From Candidatus Nomurabacteria bacterium (GTDB lineage Bacteria > Patescibacteriota > Minisyncoccia > Phycocordibacterales > UBA918), in the NCBI GenBank assembly GCA_023898565.1, contig CP060228.1:906930-951732 (forward strand): a stretch of DNA of 44,803 nucleotides, written 5' to 3'. A program made the translations under genes and the position numbers. The notes under the pieces are model-generated. The model was not told the DNA's origin and ran no database searches. It saw only the letters and a list, made by a program, of their open reading frames with translations. Shown piece after piece: positions 7,815-16,607 of this stretch. How positions within the stretch are numbered: the first letter of the stretch is position 1; the number at the start of each line of letters is the position of its first letter.

Positions 7815-8873
7815 ATGCACAGCCTCTTACTTAATGTACTAATTCCTTCATTGCTCGCGTTTGTGATTGGTATTTTTATTACACCTATCGTGACACACTT
7901 CTTGTATAAGCATCGCGTTTGGAAGAAACAAGGCGGTAAAACAGCGCTCGGTGGCCATGAGGCAACCGAATTCAATCGTTTAAAGGGAGCTGAGGAAACA
8001 AAGACTCCACGCATGGGTGGCATTGTTATTTGGGGAAGCGTGCTTATCACACTTGGGGGCACATATGCGCTTGCTGCTATTTTTCCAGATTCAATCTTCG
8101 CGCGTCTTGACTACCTTAGCCGATCACAAACCCTCATCCCCGCAGCCACTTTGCTTGTAGGAGCATGTATCGGTTTTTTAAATGATTTTTATGATGTGGC
8201 TCATGACGGTAAAGGATTACGACTGTCAATCAGACTGGGGTTAATTACTATTTTATCTACCGTGCTTGGATGGTGGTTTTACTTTAAGCTCGGTGTTTCC
8301 AGCATCAGTATTCCTTTTGATGGTGTGCTTGAACTAGGCGTTTTGATTATTCCATTCTTTGTGCTGTTGACACTCATGCTATATGCAAGTGGAGTTATCG
8401 ATGGCATTGACGGTCTTTCTGGTGGTGTATTTGCCTCCATATTTGCAGCGTATACCGGTATTGCTGTGGTGCAATCGCAATTTGATCTCGCTGTTTTTTG
8501 CGCCACAGTAGTGGGCGCTATTATGGCCTTCTTGTGGTTCAATGTTCCACCAGCACGCTTCTGGATGACCGAAACTGGCTCAATGGCGCTCACGCTCTCT
8601 TTGGCGACAGTAGTGTTCATGACCGATACGCTCGGCGAAGGGAATGGTATCGTGCTACTCCCGATTGTTGGCTTTCCCCTTATTGCAACAGTTGCCTCAA
8701 ATGTGCTCCAAGTTTCATATCGTAAATGTACAGGCAAGAAATTATTCCGCATTGCTCCGCTGCATCATCACTTCGAAGCGATTGGTTGGCCTTCATACAA
8801 AGTCACCATGCGATATTGGATTATCAGTCTGATATGCGCCGTAGTAGGTGTTATCATCGCAACTCTCGCGTAG
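7815..8873 (+). CDS. mraY: Phospho-N-acetylmuramoyl-pentapeptide transferase
   Basis: Polytopic membrane protein with NDFYD, DGIDGL and PLHHHFE motifs. Confidence 0.9.
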   Translation: MHSLLLNVLIPSLLAFVIGIFITPIVTHFLYKHRVWKKQGGKTALGGHEATEFNRLKGAEETKTPRMGGIVIWGSVLITLGGTYALAAIFPDSIFARLDYLSRSQTLIPAATLLVGACIGFLNDFYDVAHDGKGLRLSIRLGLITILSTVLGWWFYFKLGVSSISIPFDGVLELGVLIIPFFVLLTLMLYASGVIDGIDGLSGGVFASIFAAYTGIAVVQSQFDLAVFCATVVGAIMAFLWFNVPPARFWMTETGSMALTLSLATVVFMTDTLGEGNGIVLLPIVGFPLIATVASNVLQVSYRKCTGKKLFRIAPLHHHFEAIGWPSYKVTMRYWIISLICAVVGVIIATLA

Positions 8874-8877
8874 CACC

Positions 8878-9987
8878 ATGGCAGTCAAAAAACCAAAATC
8901 AATCGACACAATTTTGCTTGGCCTTATCATTCTTATGGTGGCAGGTGGTTTTTTGATTTTTTCATCAGCCTCACTCGGCCTTATGGCGCGCGATGGCGCC
9001 ACTTTCGGGTCGGTAGCGACCAGTCAATTTATCTTCGGAGTAATTGGCGGGAGTCTAGCTTTGCTACTTATGAGCAATGTGTATTATCGTAATTTACGCA
9101 AATACGCATTTTATCTTTTTGCCGGCAGCCTCCTACTCACTGTGGCAGTTTTCATTCCCGGCATAGGGATGACACACGCGGGCGCCACCCGTTGGCTTGA
9201 CCTCGGTTTTACCACTATCCAACCATCCGAATTTCTTAAAATCGGCTTTGTGGTATATCTCGCCACGTGGCTTTCGGGAGTACACGGGAAAATCTCTGAC
9301 TGGCGGTTTGGCCTTGGCCCCTTTGCAGCAATAACCGGAGTAGTAGGACTTGTTATGCTTGCCCAGCCTGACACTGATACATTTATGATTATCGCATTTG
9401 CAGGAATGGCTATGTATTTAACAGCTGGAGCGAACTGGCGTGATATTTGTCTCATTATTCTGTCTGGCGTACTCATGCTAGCGACAATTGCAATCTTTCG
9501 ACCATACATCATGGATCGATTTACTACCTTCTTACATCCAGAAGCAGATCCGCTTGGCAGCGGGTATCAAATTCAGCAGTCACTCATTGCTGTTGGAGCG
9601 GGGGGAGTGACGGGACGCGGCTTTGGACAAAGTATTCAAAAATTTGAATACTTGCCAGAACCAATCGGCGACTCTATTTTTGCGGTATACGCTGAAGAAT
9701 TTGGGTTCGTAGGCTCACTGCTGCTCATTTGTAGTTTGGTATTTTTAACGTTGCGTGGCTATAAAACGGCAGCTGAAACAAACGATATTTTTGGCACATT
9801 ACTTGTTATTGGATTCATTACGATTATCATCGCACAGGCATTTCTGAACATCGGAGCAATGCTTGCAGTTGCACCACTTTCTGGGCTTCCACTCCCTTTT
9901 ATCAGCCATGGCGGAACAGCACTCATGGTCACTCTTGCGTCGCTGGGTATTGTGCTCAATGTGTCAAAATACCGAACATTGCGCTAA
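8878..9987 (+). CDS. ftsW: Peptidoglycan glycosyltransferase FtsW/RodA (SEDS family)
   Basis: SEDS-like multi-TM protein (QPSEFLKI, PDTDTF, LPFISHGG). ATG 8878 lies just after the mraY stop; GTG 8848 is an alternative start. Confidence 0.82.
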   Translation: MAVKKPKSIDTILLGLIILMVAGGFLIFSSASLGLMARDGATFGSVATSQFIFGVIGGSLALLLMSNVYYRNLRKYAFYLFAGSLLLTVAVFIPGIGMTHAGATRWLDLGFTTIQPSEFLKIGFVVYLATWLSGVHGKISDWRFGLGPFAAITGVVGLVMLAQPDTDTFMIIAFAGMAMYLTAGANWRDICLIILSGVLMLATIAIFRPYIMDRFTTFLHPEADPLGSGYQIQQSLIAVGAGGVTGRGFGQSIQKFEYLPEPIGDSIFAVYAEEFGFVGSLLLICSLVFLTLRGYKTAAETNDIFGTLLVIGFITIIIAQAFLNIGAMLAVAPLSGLPLPFISHGGTALMVTLASLGIVLNVSKYRTLR

Positions 9988-9994
9988 GGACACG

Positions 9995-10003
9995 TGCTAC
10001 ACT
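9995..10003 (+). promoter_or_regulatory. Extended -10 box TGcTACACT, 8 nt upstream of murG ATG
   Basis: TGnTAnnnT at 9995-10003; ATG at 10012. Confidence 0.4.
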
Positions 10004-10011
10004 AGAGCCAT

Positions 10012-11124
10012 ATGAGAATTGGTTTTGTAGGAGGTGGCACAGGCGGTCATTTCTATCCGCTTATTGCCGTAGCTGAAAAGCTTAGTACTTCACAGTACTC
10101 TCCAGAGCTATATTACTTCGGGCCATCACCCTACGACAAAGAAGCGCTTGAACGACACGATATACGTTTTGTGTCGTGTCCGGCAGGGAAACTGCGACGT
10201 TACTTTTCAATTCAAAACTTCCTCGATGTGTTTCGCAACTTTTTTGGCGTTTTTGTTGCCATCTGGAAACTCTATCTTATCTATCCAGACGTGATTTTCA
10301 GCAAGGGCGGTTATACGAGCGTACCAATTCTCACTGCAGCAAAACTCCTTCGTATTCCCATTGTGATTCATGAATCAGATGCTGTCCCTGGAAGAGCAAA
10401 CAAGCTTGCACTCAAGGCTGCCCAGTATATTGGCATTGCGTATGATGACGCGGCGCAGTTTTTTCCTCCGGAAAAAACTGCGCTCGTCGGCATTCCCATG
10501 CGCCAGGAAATTAAAAATCCACCAGCTGACCCCTTTGAGTATCTTGGTATTCCAAATGACAAACCCCTTATTTACATTACTGGAGGATCGACCGGCGCCA
10601 CACGCATCAATGACCTTGTTCTACAATCTCTTAATAGCCTTTTACCACAGTATCGCATCTTCCACCAAACTGGTCCGGCCAATATTCAAGAACTGCGCCT
10701 CGCTGCCCAAGGACTTCTCGGTAATACACCACTCCAGAGCAACTACTACCTGGAGGGTAACGTCGCCCCAGACATGGTTTCTGCGCTCTTAAGCGCTGCC
10801 TCTCTGGTAATAACTCGCGCAGGAAGCACAACACTCTTTGAAATTGCGTATCACGGCAAACCATCCATTATCATCCCTATTCCTGAGGATGTTAGTCGCG
10901 ACCAGCGTACGAACGCCTACGCCTTTGCACGAGGCGGGGGAGCAATAGTGATTGAAGAACACAACCTCACGCAACATCTACTCGCCCAAGAAATTGCCAG
11001 CATTCTAAACGATTCGCAAAAGTATCAGTCAATGGCGCAGGCTGCCAAAAGCATGTACATTGATGGGGCTGAGGACAAGATTGCTAGTATTCTAGTCTCT
11101 ATTGGCGTCGAACATGGATCATAA
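10012..11124 (+). CDS. murG: UDP-GlcNAc:lipid I N-acetylglucosamine transferase
   Basis: GGTGGHFYP N-terminus, GT28 architecture, position after ftsW. Confidence 0.88.
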   Translation: MRIGFVGGGTGGHFYPLIAVAEKLSTSQYSPELYYFGPSPYDKEALERHDIRFVSCPAGKLRRYFSIQNFLDVFRNFFGVFVAIWKLYLIYPDVIFSKGGYTSVPILTAAKLLRIPIVIHESDAVPGRANKLALKAAQYIGIAYDDAAQFFPPEKTALVGIPMRQEIKNPPADPFEYLGIPNDKPLIYITGGSTGATRINDLVLQSLNSLLPQYRIFHQTGPANIQELRLAAQGLLGNTPLQSNYYLEGNVAPDMVSALLSAASLVITRAGSTTLFEIAYHGKPSIIIPIPEDVSRDQRTNAYAFARGGGAIVIEEHNLTQHLLAQEIASILNDSQKYQSMAQAAKSMYIDGAEDKIASILVSIGVEHGS

Positions 11125-12577
11125 TTCAACACAAAAAGTCGTGACGCGTTTTGCACCGTCACCAACTGGTTTTTTGCATATTGGCGGAGTTCGCACCGCA
11201 CTCTATGCCTACTTTTTCGCTCGCAAGCATGGCGGTGAATTTATTTTACGTATTGAAGATACCGACAAAAACCGTGAAGTCGAAGGCTCTATCAGACACA
11301 TCGAAGACAGTCTCCGTTGGCTAAACATTGAATGGGATTATGGTCCAGACAAACCTGGTCCATTTGGATCATGCCTGCAATCAGACCGTCTCGATATCTA
11401 CAAAAAGTACGCTGAGGGACTCATTGCCAAAGGACTCGCATATCCAGATCCATACACCGACGAAGAAGTCACTGCTTTTAGAGCAGAAGCAGACGCCGAG
11501 AAACGACCGTTCTTATTTAAAAAACATCGTCCTGAGACCTTCGAAACCTGGGATGGTACCAAGCCGCTCCGCTTCAAGTCACCTGACGTAAACCGGGTTA
11601 CTTGGCACGATGCCGTGCGTGGCGAGCTTTCTGCTGGCGCGGAAATGGTCGACGACTTCATTCTCATCAAAGCCGACGGATATCCGACCTACAACTTCGC
11701 CCACATCGTGGACGACGCTGAAATGAATGTAACGCACGTGATGCGCGGCGAAGAGTTTATTTCAAGCACTCCAAAGTTCATCACGCTGTACGAAGCGTTA
11801 GGTATCAAGAAACCAATCATAGCCACGCTACCGCCAATCATGGGCCCAGACGGCAAGAAGAAGCTTAGTAAGCGAGACGGTGCAAAGGACCTGCTTGACT
11901 ACAAGAAAGATGGTTACTTGCCAGAAACCATGTGCAATTTCCTAGCACTGATCGGTTGGAACCCCGGCGGCAACCAAGAAGTATTTACAGGAGAAGAACT
12001 TATCAATCTCTTTTCACTCGAGAAGGTCCAACGCTCAGGCGGCGCTTTCAACGAAGAAAAGCTCAAGTGGATGAATAAGGAACATCTCGCCACAAAGGAT
12101 GATACATTCAAGCAAACCTACTTTGCTGACGCTCTTGGTGACGACGTACAAAGTCTGCCACAGTACAACAAAACACGCCTCGACCGTCTAGCGCCAAGTA
12201 TTTTTGAGCGTATTCACACCAAAGTCGAAATCAAAGCTGCACATGAAGCAGGGGAGTATAGCTGGCTTTTTGATGCACCAAAGTATGACACTACACTACT
12301 CAAGTGGAAGAATGATGAATCAGTTACCCCCGCTAAGGCTCGTCTAGAAAAGGTAGCCGAACTCCTCGCTAACGCGGACTTTGCCACGCCAGATACCATC
12401 AAAGCAGCCATTTGGAGCTTTGCAGAAGAGGAGGGAAGAGGGGAAGTGCTGTGGCCACTCCGCGTGTCACTGTCTGGCCTTGAGCGCTCACCAGACCCAT
12501 TCACACTCGCCTATACACTCGGTAAAGACGAGACTATTTCACGGATTAAAACTGCTTGTGATAAAATAGAAGGGTAA
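11114..12577 (+). CDS. gltX: Glutamyl-tRNA synthetase
   Basis: HIGH-type FLHIGGVRTA and KLSKR (KMSKS). ATG 11114 overlaps the murG 3' end by 11 nt (ORF-track TTG 11102 is an alternative). Confidence 0.88.
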   Translation: MDHNSTQKVVTRFAPSPTGFLHIGGVRTALYAYFFARKHGGEFILRIEDTDKNREVEGSIRHIEDSLRWLNIEWDYGPDKPGPFGSCLQSDRLDIYKKYAEGLIAKGLAYPDPYTDEEVTAFRAEADAEKRPFLFKKHRPETFETWDGTKPLRFKSPDVNRVTWHDAVRGELSAGAEMVDDFILIKADGYPTYNFAHIVDDAEMNVTHVMRGEEFISSTPKFITLYEALGIKKPIIATLPPIMGPDGKKKLSKRDGAKDLLDYKKDGYLPETMCNFLALIGWNPGGNQEVFTGEELINLFSLEKVQRSGGAFNEEKLKWMNKEHLATKDDTFKQTYFADALGDDVQSLPQYNKTRLDRLAPSIFERIHTKVEIKAAHEAGEYSWLFDAPKYDTTLLKWKNDESVTPAKARLEKVAELLANADFATPDTIKAAIWSFAEEEGRGEVLWPLRVSLSGLERSPDPFTLAYTLGKDETISRIKTACDKIEG

Positions 12578-13884
12578 TGCGATTTCGTTTGTTCGTAGCC
12601 TTTATTATCGGGGTGCTGCTGCCACAGCTCGTGTTTGTAGCGCCTGGCGCCGTCTTCGCAAACTCAGAAATTGACCGTCTCCGTAATGAGATAGATTCAC
12701 GCAGCAATCGTTTAGCAGAGATTGAAAAAGAAATCGCTCAGTTTGAATCACAACTCCAAGAGGTGGGAGCCGAAAAGAAAACACTTCAGAGTGCCATCAA
12801 CCAACTCGAACTAGAACGTAAAAAGGTTAACGCTGAGATATCAAAAACCGAAAATCTCATTACCTCAACGGATCTCGAAATTAACAAATTGATTCTTGAA
12901 ATTACCCGTACCGAGCAAGACATAGAGAGCACAGAAGACGCAATTGCATCAATTATACGTTCAGAGTACAAAGATAGCGAACAAAGCCTGATTGAGCTCT
13001 TGCTGCAACATGAGCACTTGTCAGAATTCTGGGATACCTTCGAAGCGCACGAAAGCGTACGCGACATCATGGCATCAAAAGTGGCGGACCTTGACACTGC
13101 TAAGGCGCTTTTGGTAGAGAAACGCGCTCAAAATGAAGACAAGCGAGACGAGCTAAGCAGCTTAAAGAATCAGTATACCGATCAAAACACTGTACTGGTG
13201 AACAATAAGCAGGAGCAATCAAAACTACTTGAGGTGACAAAAAACGAAGAAAAGAACTACCAACAACTGCTCGCAAGTAAAAAAGAGGCAAAGGAGCAAA
13301 TTGAAAAGGAAATGCGAGACTTTGAATCTAAGCTACAGTTCATTCTCGATCCAAACAGCATCCCAACTGCGGGGACGCGCGTTTTTGACTGGCCGCTAAC
13401 CAACATCATCATCACTCAATATTTTGGCGGCACTGAATTCGCGGCACGCAACGCCAGTGTCTACGGTGGACGTGCGTACCACCCAGGTGTTGATTTTGGC
13501 ACGCCACGCGGGACACCAATTCACGCACCACTGACCGGCGTTGTTCGTGCCACTGGCAATACCGACGCCGTTCCGGGCTGTTACTCATGGGGGAAGTGGA
13601 CACTCATCGACCACGCCAACGGACTTTCAACTTTGTATGCCCATCAAGACGTCATTTCAGTAGTTCCTGGACAAAAGGTCACGACAGGTGAAGTTATTGG
13701 CTACTCAGGCAACACCGGCTACTCAACCGGCCCGCACTTGCATTTTACAGTATACGCCAAAGACGGTGTAAACGTCCGTAAGTTTAACGAGATTAAAACT
13801 GTAACCAGCTGTGGAGCGGCCACCACACCAGTTGCCGCAACTGACGCCTACCTTGATCCAATGCTGTATCTACCGCCATATTAA
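12577..13884 (+). CDS. Secreted M23 (LytM-type) peptidase with long N-terminal coiled coil
   Basis: Signal/anchor, about 230 aa heptad-rich region, then HPGVDFG ... HLHF metal ligands. TAATG overlap with gltX. Confidence 0.82.
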   Translation: MRFRLFVAFIIGVLLPQLVFVAPGAVFANSEIDRLRNEIDSRSNRLAEIEKEIAQFESQLQEVGAEKKTLQSAINQLELERKKVNAEISKTENLITSTDLEINKLILEITRTEQDIESTEDAIASIIRSEYKDSEQSLIELLLQHEHLSEFWDTFEAHESVRDIMASKVADLDTAKALLVEKRAQNEDKRDELSSLKNQYTDQNTVLVNNKQEQSKLLEVTKNEEKNYQQLLASKKEAKEQIEKEMRDFESKLQFILDPNSIPTAGTRVFDWPLTNIIITQYFGGTEFAARNASVYGGRAYHPGVDFGTPRGTPIHAPLTGVVRATGNTDAVPGCYSWGKWTLIDHANGLSTLYAHQDVISVVPGQKVTTGEVIGYSGNTGYSTGPHLHFTVYAKDGVNVRKFNEIKTVTSCGAATTPVAATDAYLDPMLYLPPY

Positions 13885-13995
13885 AGGCTGCATTACCTCG
13901 TCTGGGGATAACTTGGTTTTTTTTAGTGGATAACTCTGGGGATAGGGTATAGAATAAAAGTGCGATGCACTGCATCGTAGGAACTTACCCGAATG

Positions 13996-14022
13996 GAATC
14001 CCGCTCACAACGAGCGGGATTC
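13996..14022 (+). promoter_or_regulatory. Perfect 11-bp hairpin in the gdhA leader
   Basis: GAATCCCGCTC-ACAAC-GAGCGGGATTC. Confidence 0.35.
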
Positions 14023-14118
14023 TGGGCAAAGTAAATGATCTTAGAAAAGTAGCATGCGCCAATCACTGGCGATTTTTTATACCTGAAAGAAACGCATCGT
14101 AAACGATGTACTAGATAC

Positions 14119-15375
14119 ATGACAATTAATAAACCGTTTGAAAATTACGTAACCACACTCAAAGAAGCAGCTGAAAAACTCGCACTAACCGACGACTTAC
14201 TCAAACACTTCACTGAGCCGCAACACATTTTTGAAACCAAGCTTACTTTCTCACGAGACGATGGAACTGAAGAGACAGCAAACGCATATCGCGTACAGCA
14301 CAATAATGCGCGAGGGCCATTTAAGGGTGGCGTTCGTTTCCATCCCGACGCAGATTTAGAAGAAGTAAAATCTCTAGCGAGCCTCATGAGCCTCAAATGC
14401 GCCGTCGTGAATATCCCATACGGTGGAGCAAAAGGAGGCGTGCAAATAGACCCCAAGACACTTTCTGAAGCAGAACTTGAACGTGTCTCGCGTGCATACA
14501 TGCGGGCTGCAAATGAAGCTAACATATTTGGCATTCAGAAAGACATCCCCGCACCCGATGTGAACACCACGCCGCAAATTATGGCATGGATGCTTGATGA
14601 ATACGAAACAATAACGGACCGAAGCGAACCCGGGATCATTACCGGCAAGCCGCTTGAAGTCGGTGGCTTACTCGGCCGTAGCTACGCGACGAGCCGCGGC
14701 GGCATTCACGCCTTAGAACAACTCCAACCGGTTTTATTTGCTGGAAAAGTACCGAGCGATATTACCATTGCAATCCAAGGATTTGGCAACGCAGGCTCTG
14801 AGTTTGCCAAAACGATGCATGAGAGAGGTTATCGAATTGTTGCCGTGTCAGATTCACGCGGCGGCGCACACTGCAAACACATGTGTGATGTGCATCATCT
14901 AGAAAAAGTGAAGCGGGAAACAGGTGCCCTCGCAACCGGAAGTGCGGACATAAGCATCATTACTAACGAGGAGCTTTTGCAGCTTGACGTAGACGTACTC
15001 GTATTAGCAGCCCTTGATGGCGCAATTCATGCCAGCAATGCCAAAGAAATAAAAGCAAGAGTAATCCTTGAGCTGGCCAACGGTCCCGTGACACCTGAGG
15101 CCGACGCTATTCTCGCCACAGCCGGCGCGATCATCGTCCCAGACATCCTCGCCAATGCCGGCGGCGTGACAGCATCATATTTTGAGTGGATTCAGAATCG
15201 AACCGGTGACGTTTGGAAAGAACGAACAGTAAATGAACGACTTGAAGAAGCCATGAAGGATGCTACGCAGACAGTTTACGAACGCGCAGAACGCGAGCAG
15301 TGCACACTAAGACAAGCAGCGTTTTTAATTGGCATGGAGCGCATCCTTGATGCAATTAAAGTGCGAGGTAGATGA
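14119..15375 (+). CDS. gdhA: Glutamate dehydrogenase
   Basis: FKGGVRFHP and GGAKGG catalytic-Lys motifs; GFGNAG Rossmann motif. Confidence 0.9.
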   Translation: MTINKPFENYVTTLKEAAEKLALTDDLLKHFTEPQHIFETKLTFSRDDGTEETANAYRVQHNNARGPFKGGVRFHPDADLEEVKSLASLMSLKCAVVNIPYGGAKGGVQIDPKTLSEAELERVSRAYMRAANEANIFGIQKDIPAPDVNTTPQIMAWMLDEYETITDRSEPGIITGKPLEVGGLLGRSYATSRGGIHALEQLQPVLFAGKVPSDITIAIQGFGNAGSEFAKTMHERGYRIVAVSDSRGGAHCKHMCDVHHLEKVKRETGALATGSADISIITNEELLQLDVDVLVLAALDGAIHASNAKEIKARVILELANGPVTPEADAILATAGAIIVPDILANAGGVTASYFEWIQNRTGDVWKERTVNERLEEAMKDATQTVYERAEREQCTLRQAAFLIGMERILDAIKVRGR

Positions 15376-15475
15376 GCTAATAAAATAGCACGCACGAACT
15401 TGCCAACCCTTGGGTGCCATATCATAAGAGTACTTCTCAAAATATAGTCACTCATAAATTCGCTCCTTATTTTGA

Positions 15476-15971
15476 ATGTCGCACAATATTTTATCAGGGA
15501 AGTCAGGGGAGTAGGCGAGGTGATTACAGACCCTTTACACACTCACCAAGTAAGTCAGACTGACTGCTGGAATCAAAATGCTTTGCATCTAGGCACAATG
15601 CAAAGCATTTTCCGTGCTGAAAATTTACAAATTAATTTGAAAAAAAATTTACGTAGACGCGACCACAAACAGAAAGCTACTATCTACACGATATGAGCAG
15701 CATACAGGACATTCAAAGAGGCGGGAAATCCATTCTAGAGGGTTAAAGTCGTATCACTGATGCGAGCAAAATATCTAACTGCAGAAGTAAGAAATCATGA
15801 TCGAAGTATCGCATAAAAATATTTACAAGCACCACAAGCCTCACGGCAGGCGACATAAACAGTACCATGACTCAATATGCGACATATATAGTCTCGGGGT
15901 CCAAACCAGCATTGCAATACAATGCCTATTTACCGCATTGTTTATGTCGCAAAAGATATATTGTGCGACAT
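15476..15971. repeat. 496-bp non-coding unit bounded by perfect 14-bp inverted repeats (MITE-like candidate)
   Basis: ATGTCGCACAATAT at 15476-15489 is the exact reverse complement of ATATTGTGCGACAT at 15958-15971. No ORF of 60 aa or more lies wholly inside (the doubtful 74-aa ORF 15472-15696 starts 4 nt upstream). Confidence 0.45.
15575..15611 (+). terminator. 14-bp hairpin ending in a T-run (terminator-like or structural)
   Basis: AAAATGCTTTGCAT-CTAGGCACA-ATGCAAAGCATTTT. Confidence 0.35.
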
Positions 15972-15974
15972 AAG
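15850..15974. repeat. Cluster of GCGACATA iteron-like repeats
   Basis: GCGACATA at 15850, 15879 and 15965 (+) and as TATGTCGC at 15943-15950. GCGACATAAACA (15850-15861) is inverted at 15939-15950. Confidence 0.6.
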
Positions 15975-16125
15975 GGAATATAGCTGTAGCCAGTCTTCCC
16001 CTCGTAATTAGTATCATTTCAACAAAATACTTTCTGTAGATTTATCACTAATGATTATCTCACCGGCCCTCTTCCCTAAATCACCTATTTATATGCACTC
16101 TCAGTACGGACTTTCGCAGGCAAAT

Positions 16126-16150
16126 AAAAAACCGTCGGATATCCGACGGT
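16126..16150 (-). terminator. Rho-independent terminator of the 105-aa gene
   Basis: Palindrome ACCGTCGGAT/ATCCGACGGT preceded on the plus strand by an A-run, which is a T-run on the minus strand. Confidence 0.7.
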
Positions 16151-16197
16151 TACCATGAGACCTTGCTCATGGATTTTCATGTAACCTCCCCCACCAC

Positions 16198-16515
16198 TTA
16201 TGCGGCGCGGCGCGGCTGCAGCTTCTCTTCAGCTTCTGCGAGATCATTTCGCAAACTCGAAAGCATTTCTTCGACAGCAGCCGGATTGACCTCGTGCATC
16301 AAGCCAAAGACCCGATGCTGCATGTCATGCAGTGCCTTGAGCTGAATACGCATACGATCAGCCGACAGCACCAACGCAGCATTGGTAACTTCAGACTGCA
16401 CCTGCAGCACCACCGCTGCAATTTGTTCTCCGGCTGCAATCGTGCGCCCAGCGACCTCTTCTGCCGCTTCAAGCATATCGACGTACATACTCTGAATTTC
16501 ATCACCTGTCAGCAT
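16198..16515 (-). CDS. Hypothetical all-helical 105-aa protein
   Basis: ATG preceded by AGGAAGGA (SD-like) and TATATAA. No family recognised. Confidence 0.55.
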   Translation of the reverse strand: MLTGDEIQSMYVDMLEAAEEVAGRTIAAGEQIAAVVLQVQSEVTNAALVLSADRMRIQLKALHDMQHRVFGLMHEVNPAAVEEMLSSLRNDLAEAEEKLQPRRAA

Positions 16516-16607
16516 GGCGTCCTTCCTGTGTGGTTATATAAAGAACTACCTCTAGCAAAATGCCAGAGGTATAAAGGTATCAAAATAAACTATTCAGTCA
16601 ATAGCAT

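Noticed and set aside
15472-15696. 74-aa ORF inside the 0.8-kb gap
   Set aside because: It starts at a non-ATG codon, runs through the 14-bp hairpin and the AT-rich tract, and has no motif or convincing start signal. It is kept only as a remote possibility for a small protein.
15939-15974. dif/Xer recombination site
   Set aside because: The inverted ATGTCGC/GCGACAT arms are separated by 14 nt rather than about 6, and they lack the TTATGTTAAAT-type XerD arm.
16085-16180. 31-aa minus-strand ORF preceded by GGGGGAGG just after the 105-aa gene
   Set aside because: The SD-like run is striking, but the ORF reads straight through the terminator palindrome 16131-16150, which encodes VTVGYPTV, and is very short. 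It cannot be supported without expression data.
15376-16197. Known RNA genes (RNase P RNA, tmRNA, SRP RNA, tRNA) or a CRISPR array in the gap
   Set aside because: I could not find the conserved blocks, such as GAGGAAAGTCC for RNase P, a tRNA-like 3' end with TCCACCA context for tmRNA, or GGAA-tetraloop helix 8 for SRP. There are no regularly spaced direct repeats with uniform spacers.
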